A stretch of DNA of 64,000 bases from an uncultured Desulfospira sp. Lineage in GTDB: Bacteria; Desulfobacterota; Desulfobacteria; Desulfobacterales; Desulfobacteraceae. The number at the start of each line of letters is the position of its first letter. Position 1 is the first letter of the stretch. Below, piece after piece: positions 21,009 through 29,643 of the stretch. The notes under the pieces were generated by a model. That model worked only from the letters and a program-made list of their open reading frames with translations. It did not search any database and had not been told where the DNA came from. A program made the position numbers and the translations under genes. The stretch covers positions 608,001 through 672,000 of the forward strand of contig OY760175.1 in assembly GCA_963663165.1 (NCBI GenBank). The letters run 5' to 3'.

Positions 21009-22034
21009 ATGGGAAACAACTTAGAAAAACAAAAAGCGGTGATGACGGCCATGAGCCAGATCGAACGTCAGTTCGGCAAAGGGTCTATTATGAAACTGGG
21101 CGGCCGGGAAATCGAAGCGGTTCCCGTGATCCGGACTGGTTCCCTGGCCCTGGACAAGGCCCTGGGGGTCGGCGGTTATCCCAGGGGCCGGATCATTGAG
21201 ATTTACGGTCCGGAATCTTCGGGGAAAACCACCCTGGCCCTTCATGCCGTGGCCCAGGCCCAGCGGAAAAACGGGATCGCGGCCTTTATTGATGCCGAGC
21301 ATGCCCTGGATGTGGCCTATGCCAGACGCCTTGGCGTGGACTGTGATGAACTTTTGGTCTCTCAGCCCGATACCGGAGAGCAGGCCCTTGAAATTGCCGA
21401 TATGCTGGTCAGAAGCGGCGGTATCGATATCATGATTGTGGACTCTGTGGCCGCCCTGGTTCCCCGGTCGGAAATTGAAGGGGAGATGGGCGATTCCCAC
21501 ATGGGGCTCCAGGCCAGGCTCATGTCCCAGGCCTTAAGAAAATTGGCCGGAACCATCGGAAAAACAAACACTACCATTATTTTTATCAACCAGATCCGCA
21601 TGAAAATCGGTGTGGTATACGGCAACCCCGAAACCACCACCGGCGGCAATGCCTTAAAATTTTATGCGTCCATGCGGCTTGAGATCCGGAAAGCCGCCGC
21701 CATCAAAGCTGGGGAGGAAATTCTCGGCAACCGGACCAAGGTCAAGGTGGTGAAAAACAAACTGGCCCCGCCATTTAAAAATGTTGAATTTGACCTTATG
21801 TTCGGAGAGGGGATTTCCAGAACCGGGGACCTTCTGGACATGGGGGTTGACCTTAATATTGTAGAAAAAAGCGGGTCCTGGTATTCCTATGGCGGGGAGA
21901 GAATCGGCCAGGGCCGTGAAAATGTAAAAATTTTCCTGAAAGACAACCCGGATATTTTTGAAAATATTGAGACCCAGGTAAGGCAGGAGCTGGGCATCTC
22001 GGATCCTGCTCCAGCCCCAGAAACCAAAGAATAG
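21009..22034 (+). CDS. recA: Recombinase RecA
   Basis: [18 protein letters not shown] and [14 protein letters not shown] motifs. Confidence 0.99.
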   Translation: MGNNLEKQKAVMTAMSQIERQFGKGSIMKLGGREIEAVPVIRTGSLALDKALGVGGYPRGRIIEIYGPESSGKTTLALHAVAQAQRKNGIAAFIDAEHALDVAYARRLGVDCDELLVSQPDTGEQALEIADMLVRSGGIDIMIVDSVAALVPRSEIEGEMGDSHMGLQARLMSQALRKLAGTIGKTNTTIIFINQIRMKIGVVYGNPETTTGGNALKFYASMRLEIRKAAAIKAGEEILGNRTKVKVVKNKLAPPFKNVEFDLMFGEGISRTGDLLDMGVDLNIVEKSGSWYSYGGERIGQGRENVKIFLKDNPDIFENIETQVRQELGISDPAPAPETKE

Positions 22035-22112
22035 TACCAAACAGGGCAGGCCTCAAGAAATACGCCCCAAAAGGCCTGCCGGCAGCGATAGTTGAAAGCC
22101 ATTAACCTTTCA

Positions 22113-22147
22113 GCTAAAAGCTAACTGCTAATTGCTAACAGCGAAGC
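22113..22147 (+). repeat. GCTAANN heptamer tandem array
   Basis: GCTAAAA GCTAACT GCTAATT GCTAACA GCGAAGC. Confidence 0.85.
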
Positions 22148-22149
22148 TT

Positions 22150-22241
22150 TTATATGAAAGTCTCACTAACAAGCTGAAAAGACTTTCATTTTTCGTTGTG
22201 GGCGGTGCTTGGTTGGATAACCAAGGCGGCCCGTGGCCGTT
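22150..22241. repeat. Copy D of the ~92-bp repeat (opposite orientation to B, C, E), upstream of alaS
   Basis: TTATATGAAAGTCTCACTAAC...AGACTTTCAT...GTTGTGGGCGGTGCTTGGTTGGATAACCAAGGCGGCCCGTGGCCGTT. Confidence 0.92.
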
Positions 22242-22266
22242 ATATTGAATCAGGAGTGCAAATACC

Positions 22267-24885
22267 ATGACAGGCAACGAAGCCCGGAAAATTTTTCTCG
22301 ATTATTTTAAAAAACACGGCCATCAGCATGTCCGATCTTCTTCCCTTGTTCCCCAGGACGACCCTACGCTTTTGTTTGTTAATGCGGGCATGGTTCAATT
22401 CAAGCGGGTGTTCACCGGTGATGAAAAAAGAGATTACGCCACGGCCGTGACATCCCAAAAATGCGTCAGGGCCGGCGGCAAACACAATGATCTTGAAAAT
22501 GTCGGGTACACGGCCCGCCACCATACCTTTTTTGAAATGCTGGGAAATTTTTCCTTTGGCCATTATTTTAAAGATAAGGCCATTGAATTTGGCTGGGATT
22601 TGCTCACCAACGGGTATGGGTTTGATCCGGAAAAACTGTATGTATCCGTATTTCTAGATGATGATGAAGCCTATGGCATATGGCGGGACAACATCGGCGT
22701 GCCCGAAGACCGAATCGCCCGGTTAGGGGAAGAGGACAACTTCTGGGCCATGGGGGATACCGGTCCCTGCGGCCCGTGCAGCGAGATTCACATTGACCGG
22801 GGAGAAGCCTTTGGCTGCGGCCGCAAAGACTGTGCTGTCGGGTGCGACTGCGACCGGTGGCTTGAGCTTTGGAACCTGGTGTTCATGCAGTTTGAACGGG
22901 ATGAACAGGGCAACATGACCCCCCTGCCCAAACCCAGTATTGATACAGGCATGGGCCTTGAACGGATCATTTCTGTTCTCCAGGATGTGCCCACCAACTT
23001 TGATACAGACCTGTTTGTCCCCATTATGGACAAGGTCGGGGAACTTTCCGGCAAAAAGAGAAATCAGTCCCGGGAAGTGGAAGTGGCCATGAAGGTCATT
23101 GCCGACCACTCCAGGGCCTCGGCCTTTCTGATCAGTGACGGGGTGCTGCCCTCCAATGAAGGGCGGGGATACGTGCTTCGCCGCATCATGCGCCGGGCCA
23201 TCCGGTACGGCCGAAGCATCGGCCTTGTAAAACCCTTTCTCCATGAAACCGTTCAAACCGTATTTTCCATTATGGATGAGGCCTATCCGGAGCTTAAAGA
23301 ATCCGCCGCCTTTATTTTGAACGTGGTGAAAAACGAAGAAGAAAAATTTCTTGAAACCCTTGAAACGGGAATGAAACTGCTGGAATCCACCCTGGAAGAC
23401 CTTCATGCCCAGAACCAGAAGGTGATTCCCGGAAAGGTCATCTTCAAGCTTTATGATACCTATGGGTTCCCGGTGGACATTATTACCGACCATGTCAAGG
23501 AAATGGACATGGACCTGGACATTGAGGGATTTGACCGGGCCATGGCCGAACAAAAGGCAAGATCCAAATCCAAAAAGAAATTTGAAGGGGTAGGTGATGT
23601 TTATAAACCCCTGACCTCATCCGGTGTGAAAACCCGTTTTAAAGGGTATGATGCCCTTGAGATTGAATCGGAACTGCTCATGGCGGTAAAGGATGACCAG
23701 GAGGCCAATCCGGCCAATTCGGGAGATGAGGTTGAACTGGTCACCAGAGAAACCGTATTTTATGCCGAATCCGGGGGCCAGGTTGGTGACCGGGGCGTTT
23801 TTGAAAACAGCGCCTGCACCATTAACATCACAGACACGGTGTCGGACCCCTCCGGGCTTTATATTCATAAGGGCAAGGTGATTTCAGGATCATGCCGGAA
23901 AGGGGATGTCTTTACCCTTAAGGTGGATGCCCGGCGCCGCCAGGCAACGGCCATTAACCATACCGCCACCCATATTCTTCATTCGGCCTTGCGAAACGTC
24001 TTAGGAGATCATGTTAAACAGTCCGGCTCCCTGGTCACACCGGACCGGTTCAGGTTTGACTTTACCCACTTTAGCGGTGTTTCGGCTGATGAACTGGCCG
24101 CCATTGAGACTGAGGTCAACCAAAGAATCCGGGAAAACCATGTGGTGTCCACCCGGGAAATGAAAATGGATGATGCGGTCAAATCAGGGGCCACCGCCCT
24201 GTTCGAAGAAAAATACGGGGATGTGGTCAGGGTGGTTTCCCAGGGGGAATTCAGTCAGGAACTTTGCGGCGGCACCCATACCAGGGCCTCGGGAGATATC
24301 GGGCTGTTCCGGATTTTGTCTGAAGGGGCCGTGGCCTCCGGGGTCCGGCGGATTGAGGCCGTGACCGGCCAGGCAGCCCTTGACACGGTCCATGCAGACC
24401 GCAATACCATTGAAACCGCTGCCGGCCTGCTCAAGGGAGCCAAGGATGAGGTGGTGACCAAGGTGGAAACCCTGATCAGCGAAAAAAAGGCCCTTGAAAA
24501 AGAGCTTGAATCTATTAAGGCAAAACTGGCCTCAAAATCCGTTGAAAACATTGAAGACAATATCCGGGAAATCAACGGCATTAAAGTGCTTTCCAAACGG
24601 GTTGAAATTGAGAACCCCTCCCAGCTTCGGGACCTTGCCGATAAATTCAAGGCAAAGCTTGGCTCGGGCGTTCTGCTGCTTGGGGCCCAGTCCAATGAAA
24701 AGGCCCTGTTGATTGCCATGGTCACCGATGACCTGACCCGGCAGTACAAGGCCGGAGATATCGTTAAAAAGGCGGCCGGGATTGTAGGCGGCGGCGGCGG
24801 CGGACGGCCTGACATGGCCCAGGCAGGGGGCTCAAAACCCGAGAACCTGGATAAGGCTTTGGAATCCGTGTTTGAGCTTTCATAA
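22267..24885 (+). CDS. alaS: Alanine--tRNA ligase
   Basis: DPTLLFVNAGM, RHHTFFEMLGNFSFG, HTATH, ELCGGTH and GGGGGRPDMAQAGG motifs. Confidence 0.99.
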   Translation: MTGNEARKIFLDYFKKHGHQHVRSSSLVPQDDPTLLFVNAGMVQFKRVFTGDEKRDYATAVTSQKCVRAGGKHNDLENVGYTARHHTFFEMLGNFSFGHYFKDKAIEFGWDLLTNGYGFDPEKLYVSVFLDDDEAYGIWRDNIGVPEDRIARLGEEDNFWAMGDTGPCGPCSEIHIDRGEAFGCGRKDCAVGCDCDRWLELWNLVFMQFERDEQGNMTPLPKPSIDTGMGLERIISVLQDVPTNFDTDLFVPIMDKVGELSGKKRNQSREVEVAMKVIADHSRASAFLISDGVLPSNEGRGYVLRRIMRRAIRYGRSIGLVKPFLHETVQTVFSIMDEAYPELKESAAFILNVVKNEEEKFLETLETGMKLLESTLEDLHAQNQKVIPGKVIFKLYDTYGFPVDIITDHVKEMDMDLDIEGFDRAMAEQKARSKSKKKFEGVGDVYKPLTSSGVKTRFKGYDALEIESELLMAVKDDQEANPANSGDEVELVTRETVFYAESGGQVGDRGVFENSACTINITDTVSDPSGLYIHKGKVISGSCRKGDVFTLKVDARRRQATAINHTATHILHSALRNVLGDHVKQSGSLVTPDRFRFDFTHFSGVSADELAAIETEVNQRIRENHVVSTREMKMDDAVKSGATALFEEKYGDVVRVVSQGEFSQELCGGTHTRASGDIGLFRILSEGAVASGVRRIEAVTGQAALDTVHADRNTIETAAGLLKGAKDEVVTKVETLISEKKALEKELESIKAKLASKSVENIEDNIREINGIKVLSKRVEIENPSQLRDLADKFKAKLGSGVLLLGAQSNEKALLIAMVTDDLTRQYKAGDIVKKAAGIVGGGGGGRPDMAQAGGSKPENLDKALESVFELS

Positions 24886-24977
24886 AACCGTCACGGACGG
24901 CCTGGATTATCCAACCAAGAACCGTCCACAACGAATAATGAAAGTCTTATCAGGATGTTAATGAGACTTTCATATAA
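24886..24977. repeat. Copy E of the ~92-bp repeat, abutting the alaS stop codon
   Basis: AACCGTCACGGACGGCCTGGATTATCCAACCAAGAACCGTCCACAACG...ATGAAAGTCT...AGACTTTCATATAA. Confidence 0.9.
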
Positions 24978-24996
24978 AAAATAAGGGACCCGCGCC

Positions 24997-26028
24997 ATGA
25001 CCGCCTATTTTATCCGAAGGCTTTTGCTGGTGATCCCGACCTTTATCGGGATCACGGTAATGGTGTTTACCATTACCCGGTTTGTCCCCGGCGGTCCCAT
25101 TGAACGGATTATTGCCGAAACCAGGGCCATGCAGATGGGGCAGGGCGGTTCATCAGGTTCCAGGGCGGCCCCGGGAGCAGGCCAGCCCCTTTCCCAGGAT
25201 CAGATTGACCACCTCAAGGCCTATTACGGTTTTGATAAGCCGGTCCTTACCTCTTACATGATCTGGCTTGGCAAGGTCCTCAGAGGCGATCTGGGGCGAT
25301 CCACCCGTTACCATGATCCGGTATGGGACATGATCCGGGACCGGATTCCCATTTCCCTTTATTTTGGAATCTTAAGCCTTTTACTGATATACGGGGTCTG
25401 TATTCCCCTTGGGGCGGCCAAGGCCATATCCCATAAAACCCCATTTGACAACATCACATCGGCCGTGATTTTTACGGGATACGCCATCCCGGGCTGGGTG
25501 GCCGGGGTTTTACTGCTGGTCATGTTTTCTTCAAGGATTGACCTGTTCCCCCTTGGGGGCCTGACCTCCGACTTTTTTGACGACATGGGGGTGATGGAAA
25601 AAATCCTTGATATCCTGTGGCATACGGTGTTGCCGCTGTTTGCCTATGTGGTGGGTTCTTTTACCGTGATGACCTTGCTGATGAAAAACACCCTTATGGA
25701 CAACCTGGCGGCCGATTACGTCAGGACGGCCATTGCCAAGGGACTGACCTTTAAAAAGGCGGTGTTCCGCCATGCCATGAGAAACAGCCTGATTCCCATT
25801 GCCACCAGTTTCGGCAACAATATCTCCATTATTCTTATGGGATCTTTTTTGATTGAAAAGGTGTTTAATATCGACGGCATGGGGCTTCTTGGATACGAAT
25901 CGGTCATTGACCGGGATTATCCCGTTGTGATGGGGATTCTGGTGATTTCCTCTTTGCTGTTTATGATCGGCAATATTTTGTCGGATATTTGCGTGGCCAT
26001 GGTAGACCCGCGGGTCAGATTCAAATAG
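24997..26028 (+). CDS. Peptide/microcin C-type ABC transporter permease (YejB/OppB-like)
   Basis: YFIRRLLL, FVPGGP, YGFDKP, DYVRTAIAKGL and RDYPVV motifs. Confidence 0.9.
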   Translation: MTAYFIRRLLLVIPTFIGITVMVFTITRFVPGGPIERIIAETRAMQMGQGGSSGSRAAPGAGQPLSQDQIDHLKAYYGFDKPVLTSYMIWLGKVLRGDLGRSTRYHDPVWDMIRDRIPISLYFGILSLLLIYGVCIPLGAAKAISHKTPFDNITSAVIFTGYAIPGWVAGVLLLVMFSSRIDLFPLGGLTSDFFDDMGVMEKILDILWHTVLPLFAYVVGSFTVMTLLMKNTLMDNLAADYVRTAIAKGLTFKKAVFRHAMRNSLIPIATSFGNNISIILMGSFLIEKVFNIDGMGLLGYESVIDRDYPVVMGILVISSLLFMIGNILSDICVAMVDPRVRFK

Positions 26029-27093
26029 GTGATGATGTCTATGGAAGGCAGATTTTTTAATCCGGTCACCATCAAAAAATTAAAGCGGTTTTATTCCATT
26101 CGCCGCAGCTTCTGGTCATTGGTGATTATTCTGGCCATGATCGGGGCCAGCTTTTTTGCCGAGCTGCTCATCAACTCTAAAGCCGTTCTGGTCAAATACC
26201 AGGGGCGGTTTTATTTTCCGACCTATTCAGACATGATCCCGGGGTCAACCTTTGGGCTTGATTATGATTACCAGACCAATTACCGTGAGTTGAAAGCCAG
26301 GTTCGACCAGGAAAAAAACGGGGATTTTTTGATTATGCCCCTGGTGCCATTCAATCCATTTGAAAATGATTTAAAGCTCAATCAATACCCCCCCTTTGCA
26401 CCAAGCTTCAAAGACCGGCACTTTCTGGGAACCGACAACGTGGGAAGGGATATCCTGGCCCGCTTGGTTTACGGGTTTCGCACCGCTATTTTATTTTCGC
26501 TTTTTTTATTGGTGATGAACTACACCATCGGCATTACCATTGGCTGCTCCATGGGGTATTTTGGGGGTAAATTTGATCTGTTTTTCCAGCGGGTGATTGA
26601 AATCTGGTCCAACATTCCTTTTTTATATGTGATCATTATTGTGTCTTCCATTGTGGTGCCCAATTTTATGATTTTAATTTTGATCATGGCGTTTTTCGGA
26701 TGGATCGGCATTACCTGGGTGATGAGAACCGTGACCTACAAAGAAAAAGAGCGGGAGTATGTGCTGGCGGTCCGGTCCCTTGGGGCCTCGCACTTCAGGA
26801 TCATCTTCCGGCATATCATCCCCAACACCATTTCCATTATTGTGACCTATGCCCCTTTTGCCGTGTCCGGCGGTATCGTCTCTTTAACTTCGCTGGATTA
26901 CCTGGGATTCGGCCTGCCCGCGCCCACCCCCTCCTGGGGGGAACTGTTGTCTCAAGGGTGGCAGAACATGGAGGCCTGGTGGATATCGGCCTCGGTGGTG
27001 GCCGCCCTGATCATTACCCTGGTGACGGTCACCTTTGTGGGCGAAGGAATCCGGGAAGCCTTTGATCCCAAGCGTCATACGATTTATGAATAA
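26029..27093 (+). CDS. Peptide/microcin C-type ABC transporter permease (YejE/OppC-like)
   Basis: HFLGTDNVGRDILARL, LDYLGFGLP, PSWGELL and GEGIREAFDP motifs. Confidence 0.9.
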   Translation: MMMSMEGRFFNPVTIKKLKRFYSIRRSFWSLVIILAMIGASFFAELLINSKAVLVKYQGRFYFPTYSDMIPGSTFGLDYDYQTNYRELKARFDQEKNGDFLIMPLVPFNPFENDLKLNQYPPFAPSFKDRHFLGTDNVGRDILARLVYGFRTAILFSLFLLVMNYTIGITIGCSMGYFGGKFDLFFQRVIEIWSNIPFLYVIIIVSSIVVPNFMILILIMAFFGWIGITWVMRTVTYKEKEREYVLAVRSLGASHFRIIFRHIIPNTISIIVTYAPFAVSGGIVSLTSLDYLGFGLPAPTPSWGELLSQGWQNMEAWWISASVVAALIITLVTVTFVGEGIREAFDPKRHTIYE

Positions 27094-27387
27094 AGGAGAC
27101 CGGATGTTGCGGCCGCCCTTAACCTGACGGTCAAGCCCACAATTTCGTCTGGTGGTGAAAAATCACCACATCATCGAACAAAATTGGTTAAATATAGCCA
27201 ATTTTGTTCAATCTCCATAGGTGTTTGGTTTCTTTTTTCTTTTTTTATTCCTTGCCAGATGACCGTGATTTCACAGGGAAAGCTGACGAACTAACCTCAG
27301 ATATAGGCTTACCATTGGCCTGAACGGTGATGGTTCTTGTATTTTAAGGCAGATTTACTATAATAACCCATGCACATGGTGCACTCA

Positions 27388-27403
27388 TGGTACCGCTTTT
27401 GCT
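27388..27403 (+). promoter_or_regulatory. sigma54 (-24/-12) promoter of the minor pilin operon
   Basis: TGGTAC-CGCTT-TTGCT with exact GG-N10-GC spacing, 40 nt upstream of the first ATG. Confidence 0.7.
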
Positions 27404-27443
27404 TATCTTTTAAATTATAGATCAAACTGGGTTAGGGAAATAT

Positions 27444-27920
27444 ATGCCAAAATATCAGGAAAAAGGATTCACCTTAGTGGAGTTAATCACGGTGATCAGC
27501 ATTGTGGCTATCATTTCAGCCATTGCCCTACCCAACATGGCCGGCATGATCAAAGACTATCGCCTCAGAAGTGCCGGCCGGCAATTGTTTTCCACCCTTC
27601 AAAGATTGAAAATGCGTGCGGTAAAGGAGAACATTGATACCAAGATTTATTTTGACCAGGACGGGACTTCAGGCCAATACTTTTATCAATCCTTTGTGGA
27701 TACGGATGATGATGATGCCATTGACACGGATGAGGCCTTTGACCGGGTGGATCTTGATGAAAACCTGACCATCGCCTACACCGGCAGCAACCCTAAAGGG
27801 TTTACCCCCCGGGGAAGGCCGTATGGCACCACGGGAAGCACCATCACCATCTCCTTGAACAATACCGGCAAGCAGGTGCAAATTGTTATGAACAGTGTTG
27901 GAAATATCAGGGCCCAATGA
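27444..27920 (+). CDS. Type IV minor pilin, FimT/FimU/GspH-like
   Basis: Prepilin site KG|FTLVE followed by a hydrophobic helix. Confidence 0.88.
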   Translation: MPKYQEKGFTLVELITVISIVAIISAIALPNMAGMIKDYRLRSAGRQLFSTLQRLKMRAVKENIDTKIYFDQDGTSGQYFYQSFVDTDDDDAIDTDEAFDRVDLDENLTIAYTGSNPKGFTPRGRPYGTTGSTITISLNNTGKQVQIVMNSVGNIRAQ

Positions 27921-28600
27921 AACCATTAATCCATCATAACGGAGAACACGGGTTCACCCTCATCGAATTGCTTATTGCCATGGCCCTGATCGGTATCGTT
28001 GCGGCAAGCCTGATCACCTCATATACGGGCCAGCAGGAATCCGAGCTGTCCCAAGAGCAGATCCTGGAAATGCAGGAGAATATCAGGGCAGGGCTCCACA
28101 TGATGACCTCGTACATCCGCATGGCCGGATATGATCCCTATGAGGGGCAGTATAACACCGGGATCACCCAGGCCGGAGACGGATTAAGTTCAGGATCTGC
28201 CCTTGAATTCACCTATGTGGATGAAAGCACCGGCAGTGTGAGCATCAAAACCATTTCCTTTTACCTTTATGATGCCAGCGCAGATGGGGATAATGATCTG
28301 GCCATGTCAGATGACGGATTAACCGGGGCTATTGCCGAAAATATTGTCAATGTATCTGATGCCAGTGATCCCTCCTATATTGCCGATACCACCAGCGCTG
28401 CCTACAAGGCCATGCGCCTGTTTGTCTATAAGGACGAAGATGGGGACGAGATAACTGATCCATCCAGTAATCTGGATGATATCCGGGCTGTTGAAATCCG
28501 CCTGACGGCAAGAGTGGACATCGGAGAAACAGATTATACGGTGAACAGCGCCACAAGGACGGTAACGACCCTTGTGCTGTGCAGAAATTTAGGATTGTGA
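27917..28600 (+). CDS. pilW: Type IV minor pilin, PilW-like
   Basis: HG|FTLIE, IRMAGY and C-terminal RNLGL. Confidence 0.82.
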   Translation: MKPLIHHNGEHGFTLIELLIAMALIGIVAASLITSYTGQQESELSQEQILEMQENIRAGLHMMTSYIRMAGYDPYEGQYNTGITQAGDGLSSGSALEFTYVDESTGSVSIKTISFYLYDASADGDNDLAMSDDGLTGAIAENIVNVSDASDPSYIADTTSAAYKAMRLFVYKDEDGDEITDPSSNLDDIRAVEIRLTARVDIGETDYTVNSATRTVTTLVLCRNLGL

Positions 28601-29034
28601 TGAAACAAAGAATCTTTATAGAAAATCAGGGATTTACGCTTCTTGAACTGATGATTGCTTTAGGGATCCTTGCCATTGGCTTTCTGGCTGTCATCAGCCT
28701 TCATGTCAGCGCCATTCAGAACAACGAAAACGCTTCCCACTTTACCGAGGCCGCCTTTGCCAATCAGAGCCAGGCCGAGTATTTTATTTTAAGACCCTAT
28801 GCCAGCATTGACAATACCGGGGCTGGAGCCAACGGCTACACCACCGTCACCAACAGTAATTTCCCCAACCTTTATGAAACCATTCCTGACGGCTATACCT
28901 TAGAGTATAAAATGGTTCAAACCTTAGATTATAATTCCGACGGCACGGATGATGCAAAAGAGATATCCTTGAGAAGCATTGACAGCAATGGGGATGTTAA
29001 GTCTAACTTAACCTTTATCAAAACCAGGAACTGA
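28600..29034 (+). CDS. pilV: Type IV minor pilin, PilV-like
   Basis: QG|FTLLELMIALGILAIG; start overlaps the pilW stop (TGATG). Confidence 0.8.
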   Translation: MKQRIFIENQGFTLLELMIALGILAIGFLAVISLHVSAIQNNENASHFTEAAFANQSQAEYFILRPYASIDNTGAGANGYTTVTNSNFPNLYETIPDGYTLEYKMVQTLDYNSDGTDDAKEISLRSIDSNGDVKSNLTFIKTRN

Positions 29035-29037
29035 TTT

Positions 29038-29628
29038 ATGGAAAAAAACCAGGCCCCCTATAAATTCAGACCCCGTTTTCCAGGGTGGCGGTTAAACCGG
29101 TTCCCAGAGTTGTCGCTTAACCTCAAGGGGAAATGTTCGTCCGGCCGTCCGACCGGCAATGAACAGGGATCCGTTTTGATCCTGGCCCTGATTCTTATGT
29201 CTGTCATAAGCATTCTTGCCGTCACTTCGGTCACCATGACGTCCACGGAATTTAAAATAGTCAGAAACGAACGCATTTACCAGGATAACTTTTACCGGGC
29301 TGAATCCGCAGCCCGCCAAGGCATTCAAACCCTTGAGGAGGCTTCAACCCGGGACCTTGAAGACAGAAGTTTTCAAACGCTGGCCTGGTTAAGCCAGGAA
29401 GATGACAATGCCGATATGTCCGACACCTCTTTGTGGGACAGCAGCAACTCAGCTTCGGCCAGCATTTCCAATGCCGATTATGCCGTAGTGGAAACCGGGA
29501 TCTCCCAGGGCAGCTCCCTTGACATGACCGCCACCAGCAATCTGTATAAATACGTTTCTTATGGGCACGGGCATTCCGGGAACGGGGGCACCTCTGTCAT
29601 CGAAATCGGTTATAAGATGAGGCATTGA
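29038..29628 (+). CDS. pilX: Type IV minor pilin, PilX-like
   Basis: NEQG|SVLILAL lacking Glu5, as typical for PilX; NFYRAES. Confidence 0.8.
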   Translation: MEKNQAPYKFRPRFPGWRLNRFPELSLNLKGKCSSGRPTGNEQGSVLILALILMSVISILAVTSVTMTSTEFKIVRNERIYQDNFYRAESAARQGIQTLEEASTRDLEDRSFQTLAWLSQEDDNADMSDTSLWDSSNSASASISNADYAVVETGISQGSSLDMTATSNLYKYVSYGHGHSGNGGTSVIEIGYKMRH

Positions 29629-29643
29629 TGAAAGGAGAAAAGT

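Noticed and set aside
4671..24977. CRISPR array or integron attC sites from the 92-bp repeats
   Set aside because: Copies are dispersed between housekeeping genes in both orientations, with no regular spacers, no cas or integrase gene, and no proper RYYYAAC/GTTRRRY pair.
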